Origin: Mizuhopecten yessoensis
Lineage: Eukaryota
Direction of reading: 5' to 3'
Assembly: GCF_002113885.1 (NCBI RefSeq)
Contig: NW_018408902.1
Span: forward strand, 2,515,490-2,579,489
DNA length: 64,000 nt
Position 1 is the first letter of the stretch. The number at the start of each line of letters is the position of its first letter. Below, one piece after another: positions 1 through 14,470 of the stretch. Both the position numbers and the translations under genes were made by a program. Under the pieces are notes generated by a model. The model ran no database searches. It had not been told where the DNA came from and saw only the letters and a list, made by a program, of their open reading frames with translations.

Positions 1-1202
1 ACAAACATGATTTACAAATGTGTATACAACACATGTCTTTAGAAATGTTTGTCTACAATGTTCTTCATGATCAGGCCCGTCTAACTTAATTACTTGCATA
101 CAAACACAGGTGTATCTGTATATTATTAGACACAGACAGTGTGATCAGTTGAGTTCTAACACGAATAACTTAATTAACCTCAGCTGATAGCGGTGGTCAG
201 GGGAAACTGAATATATTGACCGTATGGAGTGGACTGTGGCAGAAATAGGTTTTGACCATCAGGTAACTCATTTAAGTATTGTTAGTTTGATTATTACATA
301 TAAAATATGACTGTTTTGTTAACTTCCGATTATGTGTTTCCGTCCCTATCGACTCACACTAGTGCATATTAAGAAACTACAATTAGGTCCGTATTTCATA
401 GCCTCGGTTTGGCTATTGGAGCGTAACCCGCTAGTAGACTAATGCTGTAGTGTTAGCCAGGGAACAAATGATCGGTTACCACTGATGATAATACCAGGGT
501 ATTACATTGCTCATCTCTGATATATTAGTTACCTACTGAAGGTGATTATGGCTTAAATATAAAATATCGACTAATCAATTGTCAGTTTTGGTAATGTGCT
601 AATGAGTGTGTGTTATCTATAAAACAGGTGGATATATCAACGCCTAATACAGTGATTGAAGTCAGTCAATAGAATATACAGGTGAGTGATCTTTGTTTTT
701 CACGACCATCGTTCGGAGCACGTGTTTCACAAGAATCGATGACACACAAGGGAGTACGTGAATTTGTAAATCAATCGTGCCAGTTGTTTCCCTGTGAGGC
801 AGATGCTGGTAGGTTTGATTGGTTTTGAATATTATGTATTGGTAGTACAGGTGTCACTAGGTCACGCAGGTCTACTCGGCTACTAATAAGTGACGCCGTA
901 AGCAACATTTGATGAATGGACACAAGGGCACTGGATGTAGCCATGATAGTTACTGGTAGTCCTCCATGACCGGAATAGACATTGGTTATGAACAATGGCG
1001 AATCTGATTGATTGTCGTTTTCACTTTTAAAGGTAAATTTTCTGGTAATTGTTCTGTCTATGTTCAGATATATTTACGCGTAGAAATACATAAACAGTAA
1101 ATGAAGATGTAAATTGAACATACCCAAAGAGAGCCATTTATAGTAATCCTATCACGAGCGCTTATAATCGTGGCCAACGTCATACCAAATACTCACACAC
1201 AT

Positions 1203-1233
<31 letters not shown>

Positions 1234-2799
1234 AAACACGTGAAATTCATGTATATATGACTTATAACACCAAATTGATTGATACATATATTTCAAGTGT
1301 ATATTTGTAATATAGTATTGTCATTCTGCTGGAACACATTTTTTCGCTGTATGATTATATATTTATCTATAAAGCAAGATTTGACAGCATGCTTGAGCAG
1401 CACATATCTATGTGCTTTTAAAAGTATACCAAAAAGGTGAAACTATCTACAAGGTGATAGCACTTTTAGTTCCTGATGGAAATATATGCAAATTTGGCAA
1501 AGATAATTACTTTGACCTCTGTTTGTTCAAAAAATTGAACAGTTTAATTTGTGTTTTGCTTTTAAAACACAGCAATTACGTATATACAAACAAACCCATT
1601 TGTGTATTTGTACTGATTCAGGAAACATTAACAAATCACGTTATCGGTGCGTCTTATAGAGGAAACACGATATCACATTATAAATCTGATATAGTAATGA
1701 TGAGTCATTTATACAAATGCTTCCTCTGCAAGTTTTTAATTATTGACGTCATTATTATACAAAGGATGCAAATTATTATAAACATTATTTTGTAATGTAT
1801 AAGATAAGACTTCCGTTTGAAGTTTACGATGGTTCCCCTCAGATTCACACAGTTTTAGAATAATAACAGTAGTTTTATCTCATCAGAATGAACCTACCGT
1901 GAAATAGAGTCACTTCTGAATAGCTAAACCATTTAATTGACAATGAAATAAGATTGTCTAAAATCTTCTCTTCGATATAAAACGAAATTGGCAGACGAAA
2001 GTATAATTTAATTCTTAAGTTCATCCTTTTTTTCCCGGGAGCTGTCAATCTCTCTCCCAGTGAATTACATCTTCTAGCCAGTATGTTAACTTCAGTTCTG
2101 ATTCGCGAGCGCACGTGATGGAAATCGACAATGGCTACGGGGTCTCTGTTTCTGTTCTGTCTAAGGCTGATGTGTAACGTAACAGTTTGTTAGAAGACAG
2201 CACAGAACTCATCTTAACTTGCTACACCCATCGACAGATAGCGAGCACACATATACTTGTATATCTATAAAACATCTATAGGTACGCTTCATATACGTAT
2301 ACGCGCTCAGCTGCTGAAACAAGGCAGTATTTCTTCTAAGCCTGCGGACGTGCATGCATGGTTGGACGATCATGTTTCACAGAATGTGTAATGCACGTGC
2401 CGAATAGAGAGATCTTACAGATATGTATGTATGTTGATTGACTGTTTAAGAGTCAGTTTTAGACAAAATTAAGGATGGAACTTTATAATTTCGTGAATTG
2501 TATTTAGTGTAAAAATACTTCTAAGACTGAGATGTGTATACAGTGTTATAAGGCTACCGAGGACGGCGTGTGTTCCTGTTTATCAGCAGTATGTGTGTAT
2601 CCTGTAGGTAAGACGTTTATACCAACTGGGGTTTTCATATCTTAACTTTCTCATTGAACATATTTATTTATTTCTGAATATGAGTTGATACCATATTTAT
2701 TGAGTATGATTCGGTAACCAGTGATTGATGTCCATATGTATTAGTATTTGTGATTATGTAGATATACATAAATTGGTAAAATCAAATGAATCTGTTCAT

Positions 2800-3690
2800 A
2801 TATGTACGGTACACATGTGTAAAATGTATGTACGGTACACATGTGTAAAATGTATGTACGGCACACATGTGTAAAATGTATGTACAGCACACATGTGTTA
2901 AATGTATGTACGGTACACATGCTTTTAAACTGTATGTACGGTACACATGTGTAAAATGTATGTACAGCACACATGTGTTAAATGTATGTTCGGTACACAT
3001 GCTTTTAAACTGTATGTACGGTACACATGTGTAAAATGTATGTACAGCACACATGTGTAAAATGTATCTACGGTACACATGTGTAAAATACATGTACGGC
3101 ACACATGTGTAAAATGTCTGTACGGTACACATGTGTAAAATGTATGTACGGTACACATGTGTAAAATACATGTACGGCACGCATGTGTAAAATGTATGTA
3201 CGGTACACATGTGTAAAATGCATGTACGGCACACATGTGTAAAATGTATGTACAGCACACATGTGTTAAATGTATGTACGGTACACATGTGTAAAATGTA
3301 TGTACGGGACACATGTGTAAAATGTATGTACGGCACACATGTGTAAAACGTATGTACAGCACACATGTGTAAAATGTATGTACAGCACACATGTGTAAAA
3401 TGTATCTACGGTACACATGTGTAAAATACATGTACGGCACACATGTGTAAAATGTCTGTACGGTACACATGTGTAAAATGTATGTACGGTACACATGTGT
3501 AATGTATGTACGGTACACATGTGTAAAATGTATGTACAGCACACATGTGTAAAATGTATGTACGGTACACATGTGTAAAATACATGTACGGCACACATGT
3601 GTAAAATGTATGTACGGTACACATGTGTAAAATGTATGTACGGCACACATGTGTAAAATGTATGTACAGCACACATGTGTAAAATACATG
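2800..3690. repeat. 26-bp minisatellite (about 34 copies), unit ATGTACGGTACACATGTGTAAAATGT
   Basis: Unit repeats directly, with variants. It explains the repetitive ORFs at 2741-3939. Confidence 0.97.
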
Positions 3691-3861
3691 CGTAACACGA
3701 CTATAACATTTATTTGTATAATATATGTGTACGCTAAACATTCTTATAATATATATATACACATGTGTATGGGTCAAAGAAGTAATATTGACGGTAAAAT
3801 CCCATATAACACTGGATCCTAATGGATGTATGTCCGTAGGATACGAATTACTTAAAATATT

Positions 3862-3934
3862 ATATGGGGCAAAGAAGTAAGTGTGACAACCTAAACTTGT
3901 CCACACTGTTGGAATTACTTCTTTGCCCCATATA
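3862..3934. repeat. Short inverted repeat / mini fold-back (ATATGGGGCAAAGAAGTAA ... TTACTTCTTTGCCCCATAT)
   Basis: About 19-bp perfect inverted arms around a spacer of about 35 bp, next to the minisatellite and (TA)n. Confidence 0.75.
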
Positions 3935-3963
3935 CACATGTTTATAATATATCATATTTATAT

Positions 3964-4008
<45 letters not shown>

Positions 4009-7000
4009 ACGCTAAACATTCTAATATATATATATACACATGTTTAAAATATATATATTATATATATATATAATTGTAATGCAAACAGTAATGCACAAAT
4101 GAGTTGAGTCTATTACATTCTCATTTAAGTAATAGATATACCAGTCTCGTCATTAGGGTTACTTTTTGTCACCATCTTCCAGTTTCTATACCTCATGTCG
4201 ACTGATTGATAGTAAAGCATATATATATATATATATATATGAATCACACGCGATCAATCTATTACGCTGATGATATTTCTGGTTCAAATAAAAAAAATGA
4301 TTTCTGATCAGTTTCCCGTAAAGCTTATTTACAAAACCGAGTTAACTGATCACGATATCACTTTGATTGCTTCAAACATTTACTTTTGGATATTTCAATA
4401 ATTGAAAACAGTTCATGCAGAAAATGTTGGCATCTCTAAGGTGACATCCTAAAGCAGACAACATCCAGACTACTTAAATGTTCGGTGTACACTATACTTG
4501 CTGGGGTATCAATATTCATATTGTAATTCTACATAAAGAGTAATACATATTAAACATTACAAATATAAGCAAGACGTTACCCATATACAATGTTGCAGCT
4601 TTTTGCATGTACATGTATATAAACTCAGAGCAAGTTCTGATCTGGCAAGTGTAAACTAATATTTATGTTATATTAATTTGAAAATAACAACCTTGATAAA
4701 AGCACTTACTCAAATGATCGTGATGTTTCTAAAACAACATTGCAGTGTAGGTTCAAGGGCGAACCTGGTTTTAACCGAATTGATATACACTTTTCCATTA
4801 AAGACAAAATTCCACGAATGTCCTTTTGATATATATAAAACCCCACCTTTCTTGGAATTACTTGTTGTGTAATATCACTGAGTAGACAGGTGCTTAAACA
4901 GGCTTGTCATTGAAGCAGCTTTGTAGGTCTTTAAGAATGGGTATTTGCAGTGTATCGATATTCCTAGTGTATTAAAATACAAAGTCTGGTTATCTTATTC
5001 GTAGTGAACAACGTACAAATAGGTTATAGGTGTCTTGATGTTCTAAATTGAGAATAAAAAACAATAAAACTGACTATACTTTTGCCTAGGTAAGGAAGTG
5101 AACAATATATGTTAAAATCATGTTTCGCTGAATACATTATGCATCGCGGACATAGTAACCTTTTTCATCCCGGATACAGAGTTTGTGCCTCAGCTTTCTA
5201 TAATCAGGCGGTAATTTTCCACGACACACATTTCACATATAAATCATTATTATCATTTACTAATAGTTTTAGAAATACCTTTTTGTGAAATTTGGTTATT
5301 CGACAGCTGTGTAGTGAAGGTTTTCGCCATTGATCCCACTTAACTGATGCTGTATGTAGATTTTTGACACAGATGGTGTTTTTTTCGTCGCCCGTCAAAG
5401 GTACGATTTAACATTCATTAAATAATAAATGTTGAAAACATGCTTTATTTGTATTTAAGTAAAGATGTTCATGTATGTAGTACTGCAATCTAAATTGACA
5501 AAATGTTCGCCAGTCTTAATATCATTCGTTGACGATTTGTAATACACAACAAGTTTAAACTATAACATATATACAAATGGTCATGATACTAAATTATCAT
5601 TGTCGTGATAGGTAATATAACTGACATATTCCTGTAATATGATGATATACCATTCTCGTCATCAGGGTTATTTTTTGTCACCATTTTCCAGTTTCTATTA
5701 TATACCGACTGATTGATACTACTGTATTTAATTGAACAATAAAATACATTGATAAACTCTTGTTTTATGTACATATATGTACTTATGGCCCAGATGTTGA
5801 TGTTTATGTTAAGTAACGCTTCCCTGTAACTCCTGTGATCGTTCACGCGTACATCTGTCTATTCCTCAGCCATGCCTGCTATGCCGGAGGAATCCACTCC
5901 ACATGTTACAAGATAAAGCACATGTGCTTTTATGAGTGGGTTAATACATCATATGTTTACATACACACACGCGAACGGCCAGGTGAATCCATGCACTCAC
6001 TAAGCACACACATTACCAGAGACTTGGTAAACGTCTCTGTTAATATCGCTTATAGAAGGGAAATAACATCACATACTGAGATGATTTTCTCCCAGGATGC
6101 CTTATACACGTGACCTTGTTTATACGCTCAGGCTTCTTAAATAAAAAAGTAATTCATACAATGATTAAAACTCTAAAGATTTCTATTAATATGGCTGATT
6201 TGAAAATGTAAGTGCCGCTAGGGGGAGATGAGGAGTGAGAACGAGAGAGAACAATAATGGAGAGATAGAGGAGGAGAAAGACCGAGACATGTTAGGAGAA
6301 AGGGAGCAAGGGAAGACTTTAACTGAAAGGTTTAGATGGTTTGAGAAGATTGAATCTTTCACCAAATGAAATATATCAATACTGACACACCCTCAAAACT
6401 AGACTGTGGATACCTGTTAGATTGTGCTGAAATAAAATTATGAGTGAATGCATTACTTTTCCACTTAGAAAACAAAAAGCATGCATAAGTAAAATCTTAG
6501 ATACTGAACCATTTTAACGTGTTTCGTTAACACATATTTAACTACAGAACCGGTTTCTTTTAGCAGAGTAGAAATTTTCTTCGAGAAATATCCTTACAGA
6601 AACGTTTTTTGATTACCGCACCATCGTTGATGCACATTTTGAAAGATTTTGCTATAATCGCGTAAATTTCACTCGTGTGTCAAAATGCTTCTTTATCAAG
6701 ATTTTTTAGGACTCTTGAAATATATTGATAGCCTGTTATTTGTCTGTCACCCCGGCGAGAATATTGGTTATATTCTGCACTTGTGAAATATATCAATAAT
6801 TTGTCACACTCGGGGAATATTTATGGTACTGACCCATTAAATACGCTCTATATGTCGTAAAGACTAGCGTGAGGAAGTTTACATTTGTTTAAATAACAAG
6901 TGCCGCTTTAACCACATATAATTCATAACCTAATGCAATCATCACATTACGTTGACAGCTGATTGAAAGTGTACGCATTTGCTTTATTTCGACAGAGTGC

Positions 7001-7603
7001 ATAAAGAATTTTATTTTGAAACGTTTATGTACGTGTTACCTCAAATATATCTCATCACTCGGGACATCATCACTATTTATTCAGCCGTTTCACTTTTTTA
7101 TCAACATATCACAGACATGTATTATCACGTTTGGGCAAGCTTAAAATACTGCTACGAGGAGAAACCAGAGTTGTGCCGGTTACATATATTTAGAACGGAA
7201 ACTACCAGTAACCGTGTGCTACTTATGTAAACAAAATATGGAGTATTATTTTCAGGAACATAGTTATTGTGACGTTGGGCGTCTGTATGACAAACCATTA
7301 TAAAATAGACGTTTATGAGTTTGTGTTGTGTTGTTTACATATATAGGTAGTAACATCACCTGCTACCTGAACAACCTATGCTATTTTGGAACATACCTTA
7401 TTTATTACGTGTTTTTATCAATAGCCATCATACGTCCAGAAAACCCCCAATGTGTGTATGGTTTGTGCCTTACGTAATGTCACAAAGGCATTGACCTTCA
7501 GAGTCACATAAAATATTCGTGTTAGAATCGTTCCTAATTTCTGGTGAAACGCCCATGTGCTTAATGTTTATATATATATATATATATCTTATCTTTACTT
7601 CAG

Positions 7604-7655
7604 GGGCTCAGTTGAACATTCGTGAGGAGGCCGGCAACATATCCAGATATTTCAG
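7604..7655 (+). other. Putative non-coding 5'UTR exon of alpha-pseudokinase gene 1
   Basis: Pyrimidine tract plus CAG at 7601-7603 and donor CAG|GTAAAA at 7656; 52-nt island, more GC-rich than the flanks, with no ATG. Confidence 0.5.
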
Positions 7656-8981
7656 GTAAAAAAGAAAAAAGAAAACATTTTATATCAGTATAGATAAAAA
7701 AAAAGTTTTTTTCCTTTTACGACTTGATCATATGATGATTTTAAACGCCGCTATATACAGTTAAGTAGGTAAGTCTGTCTATGCATGAACATAAGTTATT
7801 CTTAATAACATCTTAGATATTTGTTTTTCTTTATGAAGTATTTCAGTTTTAATTTGGATTACTCCAAGTAAACATTATGAAGATTTATTTTCAAAAACAT
7901 GTTGTATTACCATAATAGTGATTGTTGCATGGCGTTACTTAAAATATCCCGAAATCATTAATTGTAGCAACGATATTGTCTTTCTGCGAACATGTATGCT
8001 ATGTACATGTAAATGGTAATTAATTATGAAGACATTATAAGATACAGATTAAAGGATACGTCAAAACGTTTCCTTAATATGAATGAAATATGAAAAAATC
8101 ACATATTGTCAACAATATTTGGATAAGCTTTGTTGAACATCCGATGTAAAAATATAATTACCAAGGCGAATTTCTGCTCAATATCAATCAATTAAATGTG
8201 CTTTAATACATTTTTTTCGTTATCCTTAAAGGTGATAAAACATCGACAATACAGGCCTGACACACTGGTACTATCTGTGTACATGTGTTGACCGGAAGGT
8301 TGGTATATTTTGTTAATATTATGTAACAGCTATTAACTTAAATTGACGTAGGTGTTATCATCTTCCATATAAATTTTCCTTTTCTTGGTCATCAATAACC
8401 AAATCAAACATCAAGTACAAAACATTTGTTTACTTTAGAAACAAGGAAAAGGTATTACGTGTTATTGGTATAATTCCCGATCTCATAGGTTGCAATTATA
8501 TTACGCAATCTTTATTAAGTTAGTGATGCTGAAAACTAAACAAGAAAATAAAAATAAAGAAAAAAATATATGTTTAGATAGTGAAATATTGCTAAGAAGA
8601 AGCGGTCGCAATCATGGGTTATCCTACAAAAAAGAATAATTCCGTAAAGGAATTTATTATCAAAGTATATACATGGTACTTTACTTTACATAAATGAAAA
8701 CCAACCAAAGCTCAACGAAAGCCTTATTGCACATATTAATAAAATTTATTGTTAAAAAAAATAAATAAATAAATATATATATATATATATTATTTGTAAA
8801 AAAAAAAAAAAAAATGTACGGGAAACGGTAATTAATGGTTACACTCAGCATCAATTCAATCTCATGTGTTAGGACACATATATCATTGTTATTATATCTG
8901 AGTAATGGAATAGAAATCTGATTTTATACTGGTATGATCAAACATTAATATTTATAACGAAACAATTGCTTCATTTTCAGG

Positions 8982-9986
8982 ATGGGGATTCTATCAAAAT
9001 TGAAACACACGGACAACTGTACTCTTCCATCTCTGACCAAATGTAAAGATGGCCACGAATGGTTCTCTAGCTTCGAATTCTACCCAATTGCTGTCGGTAG
9101 TCGAAAAACAGCCTTCGAGGGCATGATGTATGTGCCAAACAATTACTGGAGTCAAACACCTGCTATAATTAAATGTACAAATTACGGACAAGGAACAGAG
9201 GATGATGGCAAAGCGGAAGTTAGTGGAGCGGTCAAGGCGCAAGAATTTGCCGAAGGGTTCTCGAAAAGATTCCCACAGTTTTCTATCAAATTTCTGCGCC
9301 CTCTAGCGGCTGTTATGGACACCGTATCAGTGTTTAACGGTATTTTTCGTTTCCTGAAAGGTTACGACAAAGTTCTATCAGAGGGAGAATGTGTGTTGCT
9401 GGAAGAGAAACTGGAAGGTGATTTTGTCTCCTTCATATACAAAAATGGTGTAATCACATCAAACTGTGAGCCTATCCTTCAGGCGTTCTGCCATTACACC
9501 TACTCTGCTAGTAACGAGGAGCTGGTTATGTCTGGACTACAAGGAGTAAGAAATGGCCACTCGTACACCTTGTCCACTCCCTGTGTTCACTCGCGTGCGC
9601 GACAATACGGCAACACAGACGCCGGTGAAGGAGGCATCTCCACATTTTTCTCGCACCATCAGTGTAATGCATACTGCAGCGAGTTGCCCAAGTTTTCACC
9701 TACGGACCTATCTGCGTCGTCAAGTATTTCGTATGAAAAGCCGTATTCATTCGAGGACACGTTTCCGGTTCAGTACTCGAGCGGGCGATCAGGATGTGAT
9801 AGCCCGGAATTTTCTTACACTGAGCGCAGTATGTTAGTGACGGCTGAGATACACCCTCCCGCGTATGAAGGCGTTGACTCCCAGCCGCCGCCTCCGTACG
9901 ATTTCCAAAACAAGGCTTGTCATGGAAAATCAAATAATGCTGGATCATCAAATCATTTCTCCTCACCGGATGTTCGGACATATTGA
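8982..9986 (+). CDS. Alpha-kinase-domain protein 1 (predicted pseudokinase, 334 aa), PPxY tail
   Basis: Motifs PIAVGSRKTAF, AIIK, LLEEKLEGDF, LQAFCHYTY, MSGLQGV, LSTPCVHS, YGNTDAG, FFSHHQCNAYC match the alpha-kinase order. Acceptor TTTTCAG ends at 8980. Tail contains PPAY and PPPY. AATAAA at 10044. Confidence 0.93.
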   Translation: MGILSKLKHTDNCTLPSLTKCKDGHEWFSSFEFYPIAVGSRKTAFEGMMYVPNNYWSQTPAIIKCTNYGQGTEDDGKAEVSGAVKAQEFAEGFSKRFPQFSIKFLRPLAAVMDTVSVFNGIFRFLKGYDKVLSEGECVLLEEKLEGDFVSFIYKNGVITSNCEPILQAFCHYTYSASNEELVMSGLQGVRNGHSYTLSTPCVHSRARQYGNTDAGEGGISTFFSHHQCNAYCSELPKFSPTDLSASSSISYEKPYSFEDTFPVQYSSGRSGCDSPEFSYTERSMLVTAEIHPPAYEGVDSQPPPPYDFQNKACHGKSNNAGSSNHFSSPDVRTY

Positions 9987-11777
9987 CCTTTCACCTTAGT
10001 GATTGTTAATTACAATATGTTCAAATAACAACAATGATTGGCCAATAAAGCTAATTCCTCGGATGATGGTATGGTAGCGACATTGCTTGCCCTAAAATAT
10101 GTCTCCTTCGGCGGTGATAAGACAGTGTAGTTGCTAATCATAGGAACATGTCTCTCTGATGCTGGCAGTTTGATGTCCTCGTTTATTTTGTCAGTGATGG
10201 GTCTGCTGATAGTCCTATGAAACTAATTGCCTCTACCAGAAATTCGGTGTAGGACATGGATACCAAATACACTGCCTTTGATAATTTATCAAATTATAAA
10301 AAAAATAAATGAATATTTATAATCATATATTTTAGTCCAGGCTGTTTATGAAATATTGGAAAAATATACCGAACCTTAAACATAGTATTATTTATTGCGA
10401 TTCCGGATTTCATGAGCGTTTTCATTTCGGTACTATGTTCATTATGTAGAAATACGTTTATATACAGTTTCTGGAGAAATAGCAGTTATCTGAACAACAA
10501 TATATTTCGCCTCCTTGAAGGTTATGCATTGCTGTACTATTCATCATAAGCAGATCTTCGAAACTGAGGATGAATAATTTAATTTCTTATTTTTTGTGTG
10601 TATATGTCACATCCTTATATTGTAGAAATTATTAATCAGACAATTCGTTTCATATCTAAGTCAGTTCATAAAATTTCCCTCATAGTGTTAGTTTATGAAT
10701 CGATTACAAGGACCAAGTTTTCATCAGATTCTTATAAACGTTAAATAATGTTTGTTTTCTTTTATATTTACAAAATGGTAAAAATATATCTGATCAAATA
10801 TTATTTCAGATAGGAGGGAGTAGAGCTATGCTTTGCTATATATTATGTATTAATTGGTAAAGTTTGGATATGTATCCTTACTTTGACGCTCACTCGGCTG
10901 TGATTATGTTACCTATGTAAGATATCTCTGACCTAAGGAAGTCATGCGTGCCGTGTACGGCTTAGGGTTACGTTAAATCTTAGATTTAGTAGAGTGAACC
11001 CTTTCTCTTAAGTCCAATTTGATATATTTCGATCTATTTAATGTGATATCAATTTGTATTTACACAATCATTATTCTTTTTAATTACATATACCTATTAT
11101 TCTTATCTTAGAACATGCTTTCCTATTTTAATGTGATACATTGTACATAACACATTTATTTACATTGTTTGAAATTATAAATATATATATTTATCCTTGC
11201 TAGTTTTATTTGCACCCATAAACAGAACTTTTGTCAAAATATATAAAAGAATAACTTTATTTTTTAACAAATTCTTTTATATTTTTTTTGTCCAGCTTAA
11301 CGATCAATCGAAACCTGCTCTTATTAGTCAGCCAAAATATCATACATAATATTTATAATTTATTCGAAATCCAATCATATCGATTTAATGTTTAAATAAA
11401 ATTGTCTTTGGTTATCTTGCGTTTGTTTGTTTTGACTTTCTAAAATGAAAATATCCAATCACTGATAGGTTACCTAGCTGATGACAAAGTTAATTAAAGG
11501 GTAAAATAAAAAATTAAAAAAACCCATATCACATTTATCATCCTTTATCTACTTGTAATACATATATACAGCACGGTCAATCTGATACGGTCGAAGTGTG
11601 AGTTATGGAAAGGAGACAATATATATTAAACGATATATTTTGAAACATAAGATTTCACTGATATCAGACTATGACGATGTTGTTTTTTAAATTTACGATG
11701 ATATGGAGATACCGAAGAACAAGGAAATATACCCCGAACCGCCAGCCCTACCTCAACCCACCCGCGATCCTCCCGGG

Positions 11778-12068
11778 ATTACGCTCACCTACGCTCTCTG
11801 CACACCTGGGATATTTCATAGAAAAATCGAAGCCTGGTCTCGGGTAAAAACACCTGACCAATCGCCAGGCTGTCCTTTGAAGATTACAAAGGGGTGACAT
11901 CCGACTTCAAAGCCAGTCAATTTTTACCGTTATGCGACTGCGATATTTTTTTAATGTACATCAAAGAATCAAACTTGTCTTATTGTCTCATCAACAAGGT
12001 GGCACACACTTAGCCTTCAATTTTGCTTTGACATATTCCAGGGGTGCAGAGAGCGTACTGAGCGTAAT
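11778..12068. mobile_element. MITE-like element with about 37-bp terminal inverted repeats
   Basis: ATTACGCTCACCTACGCTCTCTGCACACCTGGGATAT (11778-11814) is the near reverse complement of 12033-12068. Confidence 0.7.
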
Positions 12069-12882
12069 TATCGAAAATGACCTCACCCTTATTTCTTAAC
12101 ATTTTCTTCGGGTTGGTAAGTATGGAATATGAAAAGCTTCTTGTTACACAACCAATAAGTGTTTCTTTGTGACGTTTCGATTACTAGTACGGTATGTACT
12201 CTGTCACCTTCATCAGATCTTTTCATAATCTACCTCACCCCTATCCCCCAGCCCCACCCCTTCCGATGATTTATCGTGCATCGATATTGTGAATTTATCT
12301 GAATTCGAGAACTATGACTGTACTTGCATGAATTAGGCACTGCTGTATATGTCAATATATACATGATTACGTAATACTCTTATTACAAAATGAAATGTAT
12401 TGCGAAAAACTGCCAATTTCTGTAAGTTTTCAGTGTCTGAAATCACAGACTATATGAACCCGATACTTAAACGAGCCATATGTGTTGAATTAATGTTATA
12501 GACTTTTCTTTCCTAAGTGGCTTCCAATGTTATCTAACTTCAGTCAATGGGATTGTTTTCATATTTTGTTCCATTAAAGGGTAAATATGGCCTATTTCAA
12601 ATAAAACAAATCCCTTTTTTTATCAGCTGGGATTATAAAAAGAGGACAGGAAAAGGTTTTATTTTCACACGTAGATATGGCTAGACTATAAGTCAAAATT
12701 GAAAGTAAATAGCATGTAGAGAAACTACATTGTTATAAGTAAGTCTTATATATGTAGAGGAAACGAGGTACTGCGCTTTTTATGACAGAAGTTCCTATAC
12801 AGAAGAGGCAAGATTACCATGTCGATGGGGTTATTGTTCTCGAGTTTTCGAAAAGTTTAACTGTACTAAATGATAAAATATT

Positions 12883-12958
12883 AATAATAATAATAATAAT
12901 AATATACAACATTTATGTAGCGCCCTATATAATTTGTAAAATTACTCTAAAGCGCTAT
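12883..12958 (-). mobile_element. 3' tail of an L2/CR1-type LINE or partner SINE ending in (ATT)n
   Basis: Minus strand reads AGCGCTTTAGAG...ATATAGGGCGCTACATAAATGTTGTATATTATTATT. A related copy lies at 23722-23790. Confidence 0.6.
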
Positions 12959-14109
12959 TGCACTATTGTTTGCCAAGTTAATGTTACTAAGCCATCAACA
13001 CAATAATCAATCAATGATACTTTACAATATTATATTATCATAGATAATAGCATCATTATCAATAATGATAGGCCAATCGCAATCCACTATATACGTATAT
13101 AAGTGATTCAGATAAACAGTTTTTAAACCTTTACACATCCACGAATACAAAATAAAATTTTAAATTAAAAAGAACAAAAAAACTTTAGAGACGGTGCTTG
13201 TATTAATAAATGTACCGCTAGAAAAACGAAGTAAACAAGCATCTACTTAAAAAATGAATTTATAAAATAGAGATATCAAATCATAGTAAACGATCTACCA
13301 CGTGTCCATTTCGTTCATTTACGACTCATCAGTCGTACTAAAGGTCAAAAGATTGAATATCCAAGTGTGAAGTGTTTCGATACATATATAAACACAGCGA
13401 AAGGGGACAGGTACATGCAAACCCTTTGTAACGTTAAAAATACAACTTGAGCCAACAACAGATAATGCATTCTTAAACTAATATTTCCTCTTAACTGTGC
13501 AGTAATAAATTGCAGCTACAGGGTAATGGGCAACACCTGGAGTGGATAGTCCACTAGCACAGTCAAAAGGAATCGCCAATGTAAAAATTAATTGGAATAC
13601 GATTAAATAATAAATAAAAGATCGAGATTAAAATATGTCAATGTGACATCAGTGTTCCTTACAAAGAAATTTGATAACAACACTTCCCGACTCAAATATG
13701 CAGTCACCTATGTATTTGTTTTTTAAATTCTTAGAAATCCTATTACATAACAATACAGCATTGAAATGTAAATCATGCAATACAAAAACTCTTTCCTAAC
13801 TGTCTTTAAATATAACTTTTCTTGGAAACACTTGTCTATCTGTTGCCAAGGAACATCATGTTTATAGCTCAATAGGGCGTGAGTAAACCGTTGGCAAACA
13901 TTTGATTAAATCTTGAACTAGGTTTACTGTCTTTGTGAAAGATTTTGATGCAGACACACGACTTATTGTCATGGTCAGGTACAAACATTTCAATTTACAT
14001 CGATGTAGCTTTGTATATGCATAATAATTGATACTCGATAAGATTTCTAGGATGTGATCCACTATTCATAAACTTTTTTTTACACTTAAGACAGTTTAGA
14101 CATCAGAGA

Positions 14110-14470
14110 AAATACAAAATGTGAATAACTAGAACGTGAAACTGGAACAAAAACAAAATGTGAATAACTAGAACGTGAAACTGGAACAAAAACAAAATGT
14201 GAATAACTAAAACATGAAACTGGAACAAAAACCAAAATGTGAATAACTAGAACGTGAAACTGGAACAAAAACAAAATGTGAATAACTAGAACATGAAACT
14301 GGAACAAAAACAAAATGTGAATAACTAGAACGTGAAACTGGAACGAAAACAAAATGTGAATAACTAGAACATGAAACTGGAACAAAAACAAAATGTGAAT
14401 AACTAGAACGTGAAACTGGAACGAAAACAAAACGTGAATAACTAGAACGTGAAACTGGAACGAAAACAAA
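14110..14470. repeat. 39-bp minisatellite, about 9 copies (AAAACAAAATGTGAATAACTAGAACGTGAAACTGGAACA)
   Basis: Direct tandem repetition. It explains ORFs 14086-14494. Confidence 0.97.

Noticed and set aside
771-1080. Minus-strand open frame of about 100 codons with slightly raised GC, possible terminal exon
   Set aside because: No recognisable domain, weak acceptor, and no partner exons identified.
2741-3939. Cys/His-rich repetitive ORFs
   Set aside because: Translations of the 26-bp minisatellite in several frames; no splice context.
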